Shown piece after piece: positions 48,921 to 56,995 of a DNA stretch of 64,000 nt. A model generated the notes under the pieces. The model was given only the letters and a program-made list of their open reading frames with translations, did no database searches and had not been told where the DNA came from. Source of the DNA: Patescibacteria group bacterium (GTDB taxonomy: Bacteria; Patescibacteriota; Doudnabacteria; UBA920); the NCBI GenBank assembly GCA_013387205.1, contig WARV01000005.1, positions 27,924-91,923 on the forward strand, in the 5' to 3' direction. The position numbers and the translations under genes were made by a program. The first letter of the stretch is position 1, and every line of letters begins with the position of its first letter.

Positions 48921-49136
48921 AATAGTATTTTACCACTATATGAGATAAGGGGGAATTCGCGCCACGTAAGTATCGAACCAAAAATTATACAGCCTTTACC
49001 GCAGTTCTAGACCGGAAAGCATCAAGGACAAATTTAAAAACCATGGGGACAAAATTTCCATGGTTTTTAAATCTTTGGACTGTTAATACAATAGTTTTGT
49101 TGGAAGACACTACGGTCTTCCAGAACCAAGTATTAG

Positions 49137-49211
49137 TGGCTGGGGTGGAAGGATTCGAACCTTCGAATGGCGCCTCCAAAGGGCGCTGCCTTACCACTTG
49201 GCGACACCCCA
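49137..49211 (-). tRNA. tRNA-Gln(TTG)
   Basis: TGGGGTG acceptor stem, GCGCC-CT-TTG-GA-GGCGC anticodon arm, GGTTCGAATCC, encoded CCA. Confidence 0.97.
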
Positions 49212-49348
49212 AAAAGACAGCTAACATATTATAAAATATTTAGGGAAAAAAGAAAAGACCTCGTTATGGTTTGTGTATGAGTATTGCTCAAAATATTAGT
49301 AGGTATTAAAATAGCTTTAAGAACATTTTTAAACAAATCATTAAATTT

Positions 49349-50014
49349 ATGGAATTAAAAGACAAAATTGTGGTTATAACCGGCGGCACCAAAGGATTAG
49401 GAAAAGCTTTGGCTTTGGAGTTTGAACAATCAGGAGCTAAGGTTATTGTTAGTTCGCGACAAGGAAATGATACAGAAAATTATATTAAAGCTGATGTTAG
49501 AAATGAAAACGAAGTCCAAAGCTTGGCTAAAACAGTTATTGATAAATACGGGCGAATTGATATATGGATAAATAATGCCGGTATTTGGTTGCCTCATGCT
49601 CCAGTGGAAGAAATTGATATGAAGCGGGTGCATGATATGGTTGAGGTAAATCTATTCGGCACCATGTATGGCGCAAAAGCAGCTATTATTCAAATGCGAA
49701 AACAGAATTTTGGAACCATAATTAATATTCTTTCTACCAGTGCTTTAGAAGGAAGGGCAGGTATCTCTGGTTATGGCGCCAGCAAGTTTGCGGCAATGGG
49801 TTTTACCCAGGCCATCAGGAAAGAAGTGGAGGAAGCTGGTATTAAAGTCGTTAGTATTTATCCGGGCGGTATGCAAACTAATTTTTTTGATGAAAAGCAG
49901 CCGGCAAATTATCAAAAATATATGGACCCTCAAGAAGTGGCCAGTAAAATAGTCCAAAACCTACAAAAAGATATACCGGAAGAAGAGTTGATTATAAAGC
50001 GCCCGACCGCTTAA
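49349..50014 (+). CDS. SDR family oxidoreductase
   Basis: TGGTKGLG, NNAG, YGASK. Confidence 0.95.
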   Translation: MELKDKIVVITGGTKGLGKALALEFEQSGAKVIVSSRQGNDTENYIKADVRNENEVQSLAKTVIDKYGRIDIWINNAGIWLPHAPVEEIDMKRVHDMVEVNLFGTMYGAKAAIIQMRKQNFGTIINILSTSALEGRAGISGYGASKFAAMGFTQAIRKEVEEAGIKVVSIYPGGMQTNFFDEKQPANYQKYMDPQEVASKIVQNLQKDIPEEELIIKRPTA

Positions 50015-50097
50015 TAGAGATACAAGTTATCTTTTTAAATATAAAAAAAGACTGACAGGGGTTTTGCGTCTGATGTATTATATAAACAGCAATTGTT

Positions 50098-50129
50098 TTG
50101 ATGGTGACCATCCCGATGGTCACCATCAA
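50098..50129. repeat. REP-like palindrome
   Basis: TTGATGGTGACCATC-CC-GATGGTCACCATCAA. Confidence 0.75.
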
Positions 50130-50157
50130 GGTTGATAAAATTTAATCAATACGATAT

Positions 50158-50529
50158 ATGAGCGAACATTATAAGGAAACAAGGCCGTGGGGGAATTTTG
50201 AAATATTAAGCGAGTTTGAGGTTAAGGATGAAAAAGGCCAAGATGTCACAGTAAAAAAAATAACGGTTAACCCCAAATCCCGCCTGTCATACCAATCCCA
50301 CAAATTCCGAGATGAACATTGGACCATTGTCCAGGGCCAAGGCAGCGTGATATTGAACGATGTTGAAAAAAGCGTGAAGGCAGGGGATACGGTAGAAATT
50401 TTAAAGACCACCAAGCACAGGGTGGTAAACAATGATGAAAATCAAGTTTTGGTTTTTATAGAAGTTTCCACCGGGCATTTTGACGAGAATGACAACACCC
50501 GCTACGAAGACGATTACGGCCGAGTATAA
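50158..50529 (+). CDS. Phosphomannose isomerase type II C-terminal cupin protein
   Basis: RPWG, LSYQSH..R.EHW, D..R.EDDYGR. Confidence 0.9.
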   Translation: MSEHYKETRPWGNFEILSEFEVKDEKGQDVTVKKITVNPKSRLSYQSHKFRDEHWTIVQGQGSVILNDVEKSVKAGDTVEILKTTKHRVVNNDENQVLVFIEVSTGHFDENDNTRYEDDYGRV

Positions 50530-50536
50530 AAGGTTG

Positions 50537-50614
50537 TGTCATCGCGAGTGCAGCCGAAGCGATCTTTCGCTGCCTGTTAGATTGCTTCGCTCCTTTCAGT
50601 CGCTCGCAATGACA
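50537..50614. repeat. REP-like element family B (minimal)
   Basis: TGTCATCGCGAG...GCGATCT / AGATTGC...CTCGCAATGACA. Confidence 0.85.
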
Positions 50615-50693
50615 TCAGTCTTGTGGTCAAAGAGCACCTTTGACCAAAAGAACGGCTAAAACACTTATTTATTACGTTTTGCCGTTCTTTTGT

Positions 50694-50800
50694 ACCACCT
50701 CCCCCTCGCTTCGCTCGGGTACTCCTCCTATATTAGGAGGAGAGACTACTGCAGTTCTCCCTGCAAAGGGAAGGCGGCCCGCGAAGCGAGACGGAAGGGT
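50694..50800. repeat. Composite palindromic element (CCTCC/GGAGG type)
   Basis: TCGCTTCGC/GCGAAGCGA arms enclosing CTCCTCCTA-TAT-TAGGAGGAG. Confidence 0.6.
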
Positions 50801-50877
50801 ATTTATACCACCTGGTAGGAGGAGAGAAAACTGCGGGATGGTTGATTCAAACCAATAACATTGGTATAATTTTATGC

Positions 50878-51507
50878 ATGAATCAAGAAAAAAATGTTCC
50901 TGCTCTTGGAGCAATTGCTGCTTCTTTATACGTTTCTTTCCAGCTTATTGCCAATGTGCTGTCTACTAAAATCGCGCTGCTGCCCTGGCTTAACTGGTCC
51001 ATAGATGGCGGCACTGTTATCTACCCCCTAACTTTTACATTAAGGGATTTCGTACACAAAACTTTAGGCAAAAAAAGCGCCAGGCAAATTGTGGTATTAG
51101 CCGCAGCCATCAACCTGGCTATGGCTTTACTGTTTATCCTTATTGGCAAAGTAAAACCCGACCCGACCTGGCAGTACCAGGTCGCATACGAAAAAATCCT
51201 CCTTCCGGTATGGAGGATAACTTTGGGCAGCATTATCGCCCAGGTTATTTCTGAGCTTTTGGATACCGAAATTTTCAGCGTAGCTTACAGGAAAATGGAT
51301 GACGTGGCGGCGGTATTGTTTTCCAATTCGGTTTCCCTTGTTGCGGACAGCTTTATTTTTGCGATAATAGCTTTTGCTTTTTTCCTGCCATGGATTACGG
51401 TTTGGCAGATAATTTTTACCAACATTATCGTGAAAACGGCAATGAGCCTGCTTTCTGCGCCAAGTATTAAGCTTGTGCCCAGGACTGTGGAGTTTGAGCA
51501 GATATAA
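50878..51507 (+). CDS. Queuosine precursor transporter (YhhQ/VUT family)
   Basis: AN..S.K, GG...YP.TF...D, RI..GS..A..ISE..D, SN.VS...DS..F. Confidence 0.85.
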   Translation: MNQEKNVPALGAIAASLYVSFQLIANVLSTKIALLPWLNWSIDGGTVIYPLTFTLRDFVHKTLGKKSARQIVVLAAAINLAMALLFILIGKVKPDPTWQYQVAYEKILLPVWRITLGSIIAQVISELLDTEIFSVAYRKMDDVAAVLFSNSVSLVADSFIFAIIAFAFFLPWITVWQIIFTNIIVKTAMSLLSAPSIKLVPRTVEFEQI

Positions 51508-51538
51508 TCTGCAAGATATAATCCCTCAAGACGTTATA

Positions 51539-51575
51539 AGAAGTAGTCTCAAAATCACGTTTTGAGATAGCTGCT
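51539..51575. repeat. Ends-only remnant of hairpin family A
   Basis: AGAAGTAGTCTCAAAATC-ACG-TTTTGAGATAGCTGCT; left end identical to copy 1. Confidence 0.7.
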
Positions 51576-51587
51576 AATTATAAGATT

Positions 51588-52262
51588 ATGAGTTCTGCAG
51601 ATTTAATACAACAAGGAATTGATTTGCGCGAAAGAGGCCAGCTTCCCCAGGCTTTGAAAATTCTGGGGCAGGCCGTGAATGCGGCTGCCAAAGAAAAAGA
51701 TTTCATCAGGATGATAACCGCCCTTGGGGAAAGAGGCCTGGTTTGGAAGCATTTTCATCTTGAAACCAAGGATCGCGCGTTTTTGGTGCTGGCCAGGAAA
51801 GACATTGAAGCAATGCAGCTGATAAGCGAATTGAAATCGGTTGACATTAAGCGCCACACCATAAGTTTTTTACTGGGCCAGACGGACATGCTGCTGGGTG
51901 ATTTTAAAAACGCGATTATAAATTTTCGGAAAGCCCTAAGGATTTTTAAAGGATTATCATCTGAAAAAGGGGATTGGAGATACCATTTGGGCGAAGCTTA
52001 TTACAAAGCGGGAGACAAGGAAAAAGGCAAAAAAACTATTTTTGAAGGGATCGAAGAAATAAAGAAAGGCTCCGAAGAAGCGCCTAAGTTTTTATGCAAC
52101 GTTTGGCTTTCCGGAGCCTTTATGAGATTGGCTGATTTGTTGAGGCTGGATGAACCAAAAGAAGCAAAAAAATATTTAGGGCAGGCGGAAGACATAATAG
52201 ATAAAACAAAAGGATTGGTTATGAGAAGAAGGCAGCTTCAAAGGCTAAAAAGGAAATTTTAA
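51588..52262 (+). CDS. TPR-like helical repeat protein
   Basis: Repeated LG..Y...G..A patterns. Confidence 0.75.
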   Translation: MSSADLIQQGIDLRERGQLPQALKILGQAVNAAAKEKDFIRMITALGERGLVWKHFHLETKDRAFLVLARKDIEAMQLISELKSVDIKRHTISFLLGQTDMLLGDFKNAIINFRKALRIFKGLSSEKGDWRYHLGEAYYKAGDKEKGKKTIFEGIEEIKKGSEEAPKFLCNVWLSGAFMRLADLLRLDEPKEAKKYLGQAEDIIDKTKGLVMRRRQLQRLKRKF

Positions 52263-52400
52263 ATACTCTACTAAATACTAAAAGGTACTAAATATACTAA
52301 AATATCAATACGTGTTTAATTGATATCAATGCCGGTATATGATTTAGTATCTTTAGTATTATTTAGTATTTAGTAGAGGGATAGTATTTAGTAGAGTATT
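52262..52400. repeat. 9-mer-periodic palindrome family C, copy 2
   Basis: AATACTCTACTAAATACTA...TAGTATTTAGTAGAGTATT; reverse-complement homologue of 4089-4214. Confidence 0.8.
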
Positions 52401-53317
52401 TATATCTCGAAATGCGTCAGTTGTTTAAATTGCGAAAACCTATTAGCAATTTCTTCCTGGCTGATTTCTTCCAAAGCCTTAGCGCCCATCTGCTCTACGC
52501 AAAAAGAAGCCATTATTGAGCCTGCTACAGAGGCTCTTTTTAAATTCTCCCAGGAATGATCGCCGGTTTTCGCTAAAAATCCCATAAACCCTCCGGCAAA
52601 GGAGTCGCCTGCGCCGGTTGGATCGAAAACGTTTTCTAAAGGAAAAGCCGGAAGATGGAAAGTCTTGCCGCCTTTAAAAAGGAATAGTCCAAATTCACCC
52701 TGCTTGATAATTAAAGCAGGATCTTTTTTTTCATCCATCATCCCCAAAATTTTATTAGCAGCCTTAAAGAGATTGTATTCTTGGGACAGCTCCCGGCATT
52801 CAGAGTCATTGATGATAAAAATATTTACCCGCTTTAAGACTTCCAAAAGCTCTTGACGGCTGTTTTCTATCCAAAGGTTCATGGAATCCAGGCCGACAAA
52901 TTTTGCGCCTTGTGCCTGCTGTAAAACTTTATTTTGCAAAGCCGGGTGGATATTGCCCAAAAACAGGTACTGACAAGTTTTAAAATTATCCGGCAAGACA
53001 GGGTTAAAATTTTCAAAGACATTCAATTCAGTAAAAAGCGTTTCGCGGTTGTTCAAATCAAAACCGTATTTGCCGCCCCAGCGGAATGTTTTACCTTCCG
53101 TCTTTTTTATTGCAGATACGTCTACGCCTTTTTGTTCTAACATGGAAAGATGGGAATCCTTAAAGTCTTCACCAACCACAGCTAAAATTTTTGGCTTGGT
53201 AAAATAGCTGGCTGCCAAAGAAAAATACGTGCCGCTGCCGCCGAGCGCATCATCAACTTTGCCAAAAGGCGTTTCAATTGTGTCGTATGCCACTGACCCG
53301 ATAATTAAAATGTCCAT
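52400..53317 (-). CDS. PfkB family carbohydrate/nucleoside kinase
   Basis: GSVAYD, LGGSG, DPTGAGDSFAGG. Confidence 0.93.
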   Translation of the reverse strand: MDILIIGSVAYDTIETPFGKVDDALGGSGTYFSLAASYFTKPKILAVVGEDFKDSHLSMLEQKGVDVSAIKKTEGKTFRWGGKYGFDLNNRETLFTELNVFENFNPVLPDNFKTCQYLFLGNIHPALQNKVLQQAQGAKFVGLDSMNLWIENSRQELLEVLKRVNIFIINDSECRELSQEYNLFKAANKILGMMDEKKDPALIIKQGEFGLFLFKGGKTFHLPAFPLENVFDPTGAGDSFAGGFMGFLAKTGDHSWENLKRASVAGSIMASFCVEQMGAKALEEISQEEIANRFSQFKQLTHFEI

Positions 53318-53524
53318 ACAACGATTATAGCATTTTTATAAGTTAACAGATATGGTTAAGGGTTGCGATTGGCTAAGGATTACGGATCTGTATATCCGTA
53401 ATAGATCAGTAATCTCTAACCCTATTATTGGTAATATAGTTTTTTACGTGATAAAATTTATATAGATGCCAATTAGCCTGTGGATAACCTAAAATAGGCT
53501 TAAATTTAAGGTTTTATATATTCC

Positions 53525-54136
53525 ATGGCAAAATCTATAACTTTAAACATTGCGATTTTCCCGCCCGAGACAGTCAGCCGCAAGGCTATGCTTTTAAGCA
53601 GGCAGTTAAAACAGCATAGCGGCATGTTTATATTGGACGGCAAAAATTTCCATCCGCACGTGACGATTTATTTGGCGGAATTCCCCAAAAAGAATTTGAA
53701 AAAAATCCAGCTTGCCGTAAAAAAGATCGCAGCAGGCTGTAAGACTTTTTTATTAAAATCGACAGAATACAGCCAGAATGCAAACCTATATATTGCCGTT
53801 GGCTTTAAAAATAGCAAAGAAATTTATGGCTTGCATAAAAAAATTGTCACTGATTTGAATCCTTTAAGGGAAGGCTTGCTCAGGCAAAAAGACATAAACA
53901 GGTTAAAAGAGTTCAGCAAGGAGGCACAGAAAAATCTTACGGAATACGGATATAACAACGCCCTAAAAAAATATTTCCCTCACTTAACTTTTTCCAAACT
54001 GGCGGATGATAATAAGGAAGCCATAAAACGCCTGCCAAAAATGGATTTTTCCTTCTTGGCTGAAAAAATCGTAATTTTCCAGTCCGGTGATCATCAAAAA
54101 ATCCTGGCGGAGCTCAATTTTTCTAAGAAAAAATAA
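53525..54136 (+). CDS. 2H phosphoesterase (2'-5' RNA ligase family)
   Basis: Two HxT motifs, PHVTI and PHLTF. Confidence 0.8.
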   Translation: MAKSITLNIAIFPPETVSRKAMLLSRQLKQHSGMFILDGKNFHPHVTIYLAEFPKKNLKKIQLAVKKIAAGCKTFLLKSTEYSQNANLYIAVGFKNSKEIYGLHKKIVTDLNPLREGLLRQKDINRLKEFSKEAQKNLTEYGYNNALKKYFPHLTFSKLADDNKEAIKRLPKMDFSFLAEKIVIFQSGDHQKILAELNFSKKK

Positions 54137-54141
54137 GCCAC

Positions 54142-54300
54142 TTTACAAGATAGTGTTATTTATATATCATTTGCATATGAACCAGCAATCTTTTGTAAAA
54201 TCTATCACAATGTGGATGCCCCTTTCTACCAAGGGCTGGTTTTAACTGCATTAATTTGCAATAACAACTGCCAAGCCCTTTTGAGAGGGTTTTTATTTTA
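54142..54300 (+). promoter_or_regulatory. Promoter plus candidate leader-peptide attenuator
   Basis: TTTACA-17-TATCAT; 22-aa ORF 54177-54245; antiterminator AAGGGCT/AGCCCTT; terminator 54273-54300. Confidence 0.65.
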
Positions 54301-54326
54301 TCGAAACAGATAAGGAGGATGTTGTC

Positions 54327-54500
54327 ATGGTTATCGCAACGACGGAAAATAAAGGAACTTGCCCGAAATGCAAGAAGGAGGTCAATTTCCTGGTCAACGA
54401 CAGCACTAACACGGGACCGGTGGTCTACGAATGCCGTGAATGCAGAGAGGTAATTGAGGCTAATAACCTCGAGGAATTACAGGAAAAATTGGCTGCATGA
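54327..54500 (+). CDS. 57-aa zinc-ribbon protein (not in ORF track)
   Basis: AAGGAGG SD; CPKC...YECREC; terminator downstream. Confidence 0.75.
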   Translation: MVIATTENKGTCPKCKKEVNFLVNDSTNTGPVVYECRECREVIEANNLEELQEKLAA

Positions 54501-54515
54501 TCGGCCGTACAAAAA

Positions 54516-54556
54516 GGACGGAACGCGAATCTTCGCGTTCCGTCCGGTTTTTTTTA
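54516..54556 (+). terminator. Intrinsic terminator
   Basis: GGACGGAACGCGAA-TC-TTCGCGTTCCGTCC followed by T-run. Confidence 0.8.
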
Positions 54557-54735
54557 TATTCAATTAATATTTTGGTTTAATCTTGTCATTATCAGTATTG
54601 TGAATCAGTCTTTTATTAGTGACAAAAGCTACCAATCTACTAATCTATCCGAATACTACCAATACCTACTAATCTTCTTAGATGGACATTTGTAGGTATT
54701 TGTAGATTGGTATTAATTGGTAGATTTGTAGTTTT

Positions 54736-55356
54736 ATGACTAGAGACCATCTAAAACACGAACTTATTATTCAGGACGTATTAGATACGCCGGAGCTGTC
54801 CGCGGCTTTTGATGAAATTGACCGCGCGGATTTTGTGCCCGAAGATTTTAAAGACGCGGCATACGAAAATTTGCCGCTGCCGATTGGTTTTAACCAGACA
54901 ATATCCCAGCCTTTTACCGTGTTTTTTATGCTCGGCCTTTTGGATGTGAAAAAAGGGGATAGGGTATTGGAAATTGGCACGGGCAGCGGATGGCAAACTG
55001 CTTTGCTTAGTTTTTTGGCAGGCAAAAATGGAAAAGTGGTATCACTAGAAAGGATTTTTGAACTTGTAGAATTCGCCAAAAATAATTTATCTCAATACTC
55101 CGAATATTATCGTGCTAGTAAAGTAGTACACGGGGATGGTAGTTTTGGGATGCCCGAATTCGCGCCGTTTGATAAAATTATCGCCGCAGCCGCGGCAGCG
55201 GAAATTCCCAAAGCGTGGAAAGAGCAGCTTAAAGTAGGTGGTAAAATAATCGCGCCTGTTGAACATGATATCATTATGCTGCAAAAAAACTCTTCCGATG
55301 ATTTTAAAAAAACCGTATTCGAAGGCTTCGCCTTTGTGCCATTGGTTAGTGAATGA
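54736..55356 (+). CDS. pcm: Protein-L-isoaspartate O-methyltransferase
   Basis: AYEN.PLPIG..QTISQP, VLEIGTGSGW, APFDKI, QLK.GG, FVPLV. Confidence 0.95.
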   Translation: MTRDHLKHELIIQDVLDTPELSAAFDEIDRADFVPEDFKDAAYENLPLPIGFNQTISQPFTVFFMLGLLDVKKGDRVLEIGTGSGWQTALLSFLAGKNGKVVSLERIFELVEFAKNNLSQYSEYYRASKVVHGDGSFGMPEFAPFDKIIAAAAAAEIPKAWKEQLKVGGKIIAPVEHDIIMLQKNSSDDFKKTVFEGFAFVPLVSE

Positions 55357-55362
55357 TTATAC

Positions 55363-55395
55363 AAAAACACCCCAACTTAATATTGGGGTGTTTTT
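55363..55395. terminator. Bidirectional terminator
   Basis: AAAAACACCCCAA...TTGGGGTGTTTTT between convergent genes. Confidence 0.75.
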
Positions 55396-55450
55396 GGAGC
55401 TCCTTAGTCATGAATATTAGAACCGAGGTGATGAAAATGTTTATTAGTTT

Positions 55451-56083
55451 TTAACTAATCTTTTGTAATTTTATTAAGGATAGTTTTGCTTCCACCTTGT
55501 TAGAATCTCTATAGTCCATAAGGTTGCCTTTAGGAATTTCTTCTTTACTGATAGTTTTGTTATTTATCATTTCTTCAAGAATCTGATCAAATATAGATTC
55601 TAATATTTTTTGATGCGGGATTGTATTTTCACGTGTCACCCTACCTAATTTAATGTAACCTTTCACTTGTAGGACTCTAAGCATTTCTTCTAAAACCTCT
55701 TTGACCTTTTTCTTTGCTGGGTTAGAATTACCTGCCAATAATTGTTCTTTTATTTCCTTATCCATAAGAACAAAAAAAGGGAAAGCCGCATTGGAAACCA
55801 CAAGTTCAAATTCCCCATCTTTAAATGGTAATTTTTCTGCTGAGCCAACGATTGAATTTTTTACTCCTTCTACAGGTTGCCTTGGATCAATGGAATAAAT
55901 TTTTGAACTTAAATCTCGCTCTGCTGATTTTTTCGCAAATTTACCCAAACCACCTCCCACATCTAACATTTTTCTTTGAAAATCATCATGCGTAAGATCT
56001 AATTGTTGTATATAATCATCAACAATATCTAACTTTTCTTTATTAACTTCTGGATACTGGTACGGCCTCTTTTCAGTATTCAT
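55451..56083 (-). CDS. Class I SAM-dependent methyltransferase
   Basis: LDVGGGLG, AEKLPFKDGEFELVVS, E..RVL...G. Confidence 0.88.
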   Translation of the reverse strand: MNTEKRPYQYPEVNKEKLDIVDDYIQQLDLTHDDFQRKMLDVGGGLGKFAKKSAERDLSSKIYSIDPRQPVEGVKNSIVGSAEKLPFKDGEFELVVSNAAFPFFVLMDKEIKEQLLAGNSNPAKKKVKEVLEEMLRVLQVKGYIKLGRVTRENTIPHQKILESIFDQILEEMINNKTISKEEIPKGNLMDYRDSNKVEAKLSLIKLQKIS

Positions 56084-56122
56084 ACAAAAATCTTTAGTTT
56101 AGTAGGGAGCTCTTGCTACATA

Positions 56123-56196
56123 TGGAGCGGGTAACGGGAATCGGACCCGTGTCTCAACCTTGGGAAGGTCGCATACTACCATTGTACTATACCCGC
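56123..56196 (-). tRNA. tRNA-Gly(CCC)
   Basis: GCGGGTA acceptor, CGACC-TT-CCC-AA-GGTTG anticodon arm, encoded CCA. Confidence 0.95.
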
Positions 56197-56392
56197 ACAT
56201 TGATTATGTTTTAAAGTTTTTTATTTTGTTATATATCCAATTTTACACCCGCCTCATCGGCGGGCTGCCGAAGAGGCAGCTACTATTGTACTATACCAGC
56301 AAGAAATAAATTTTGACTGTATTTATGATACTAAATTTTTACCCCAAATTCAATAGTTATTTTTCGAAGTTTGAAAATTGCCATTTTTTTTA

Positions 56393-56429
56393 GGAAACGA
56401 ATGGCTCAACCTACGGTTGAGCCATTCAT
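56393..56429. repeat. Hairpin repeat family D, copy 2
   Basis: Matches 26946-26982. Confidence 0.85.
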
Positions 56430-56479
56430 GGTATAATGGGGTTGGAAAGATTGTCATTCTAAATTTAGATACCAAAACC

Positions 56480-56995
56480 ATGTCCGCTGAAAAAATTAGC
56501 ATTGAAAACGCCAAACAGGATAAATTGTTTTATTTTGTGGCCAATGTCGTTATTTACCGCGAAAGCGACAAGCGCTGCCTGGTTTTAAAGCGCAGCGAGC
56601 GGGAAAAAGTACATCCGGGGAAATTTGGGGTACCGGGAGGTAAACTGGAATGGAAAGATTTGGATTTGAGTAATCCTACCCGCAGGAATGGTGATGTGCT
56701 GGATTTTGAAAATGCAACGGAGATGCTTTTAAAGCGCGAAGCTTTGGAAGAAGCCGGGGTAGAAATAGGCAGTCAGTTAAAATACATTAACAGCGTGGCG
56801 TTTATCAGGCCAGACGGGATTCCTGTGGTTTTAGTAAAATTTGCAGCCAAATATAAATCCGGGGAAATTAAGCTAGAGGACGGCGCGTTTACGGATTACG
56901 CCTGGGTTAATGAGGAAGAAGTGGAAAAATTGGATTGCATTTTAGGCGTGCCTGAAGAAGTCAGCGAAACAATAAAATTATTTTCAAAACCATGA
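56480..56995 (+). CDS. NUDIX hydrolase
   Basis: PGGK...LKREALEEAG Nudix box; start ATG 56480. Confidence 0.88.
   Translation: MSAEKISIENAKQDKLFYFVANVVIYRESDKRCLVLKRSEREKVHPGKFGVPGGKLEWKDLDLSNPTRRNGDVLDFENATEMLLKREALEEAGVEIGSQLKYINSVAFIRPDGIPVVLVKFAAKYKSGEIKLEDGAFTDYAWVNEEEVEKLDCILGVPEEVSETIKLFSKP

Larger units (their letters stand above)
28702..49142. mobile_element. Integrative defence-rich element with serine recombinase and terminase module
   Basis: Gene content switches to mobile/defence functions; host REP families not seen inside; abuts tRNA-Gln 3' end; boundaries inferred from a 6-bp TGGCTG repeat. Confidence 0.7.

Noticed and set aside
28568-49067. TTTCCATGG(G)TTTTT near both island ends as att core
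   Set aside because: Short, AT-rich, has an indel and is part of a local hairpin on the right; the tRNA-end junction fits better.
48985-49234. ORFs 48985-49227 and 49043-49234
   Set aside because: They overlap tRNA-Gln; spurious.
50800-50877. preQ1 riboswitch upstream of the YhhQ-like gene
   Set aside because: No preQ1 stem or A-rich tail; TATAAT lies 7 nt before the ATG, implying a leaderless transcript.
53479-53487. DnaA box TGTGGATAA as oriC
   Set aside because: Single box, no cluster and no dnaA/dnaN context.
54223-54230. Purine riboswitch (TTTCTACC)
   Set aside because: Flanking P2/P3 stems and the CCGUAAA loop are missing; an attenuator explains the region better.
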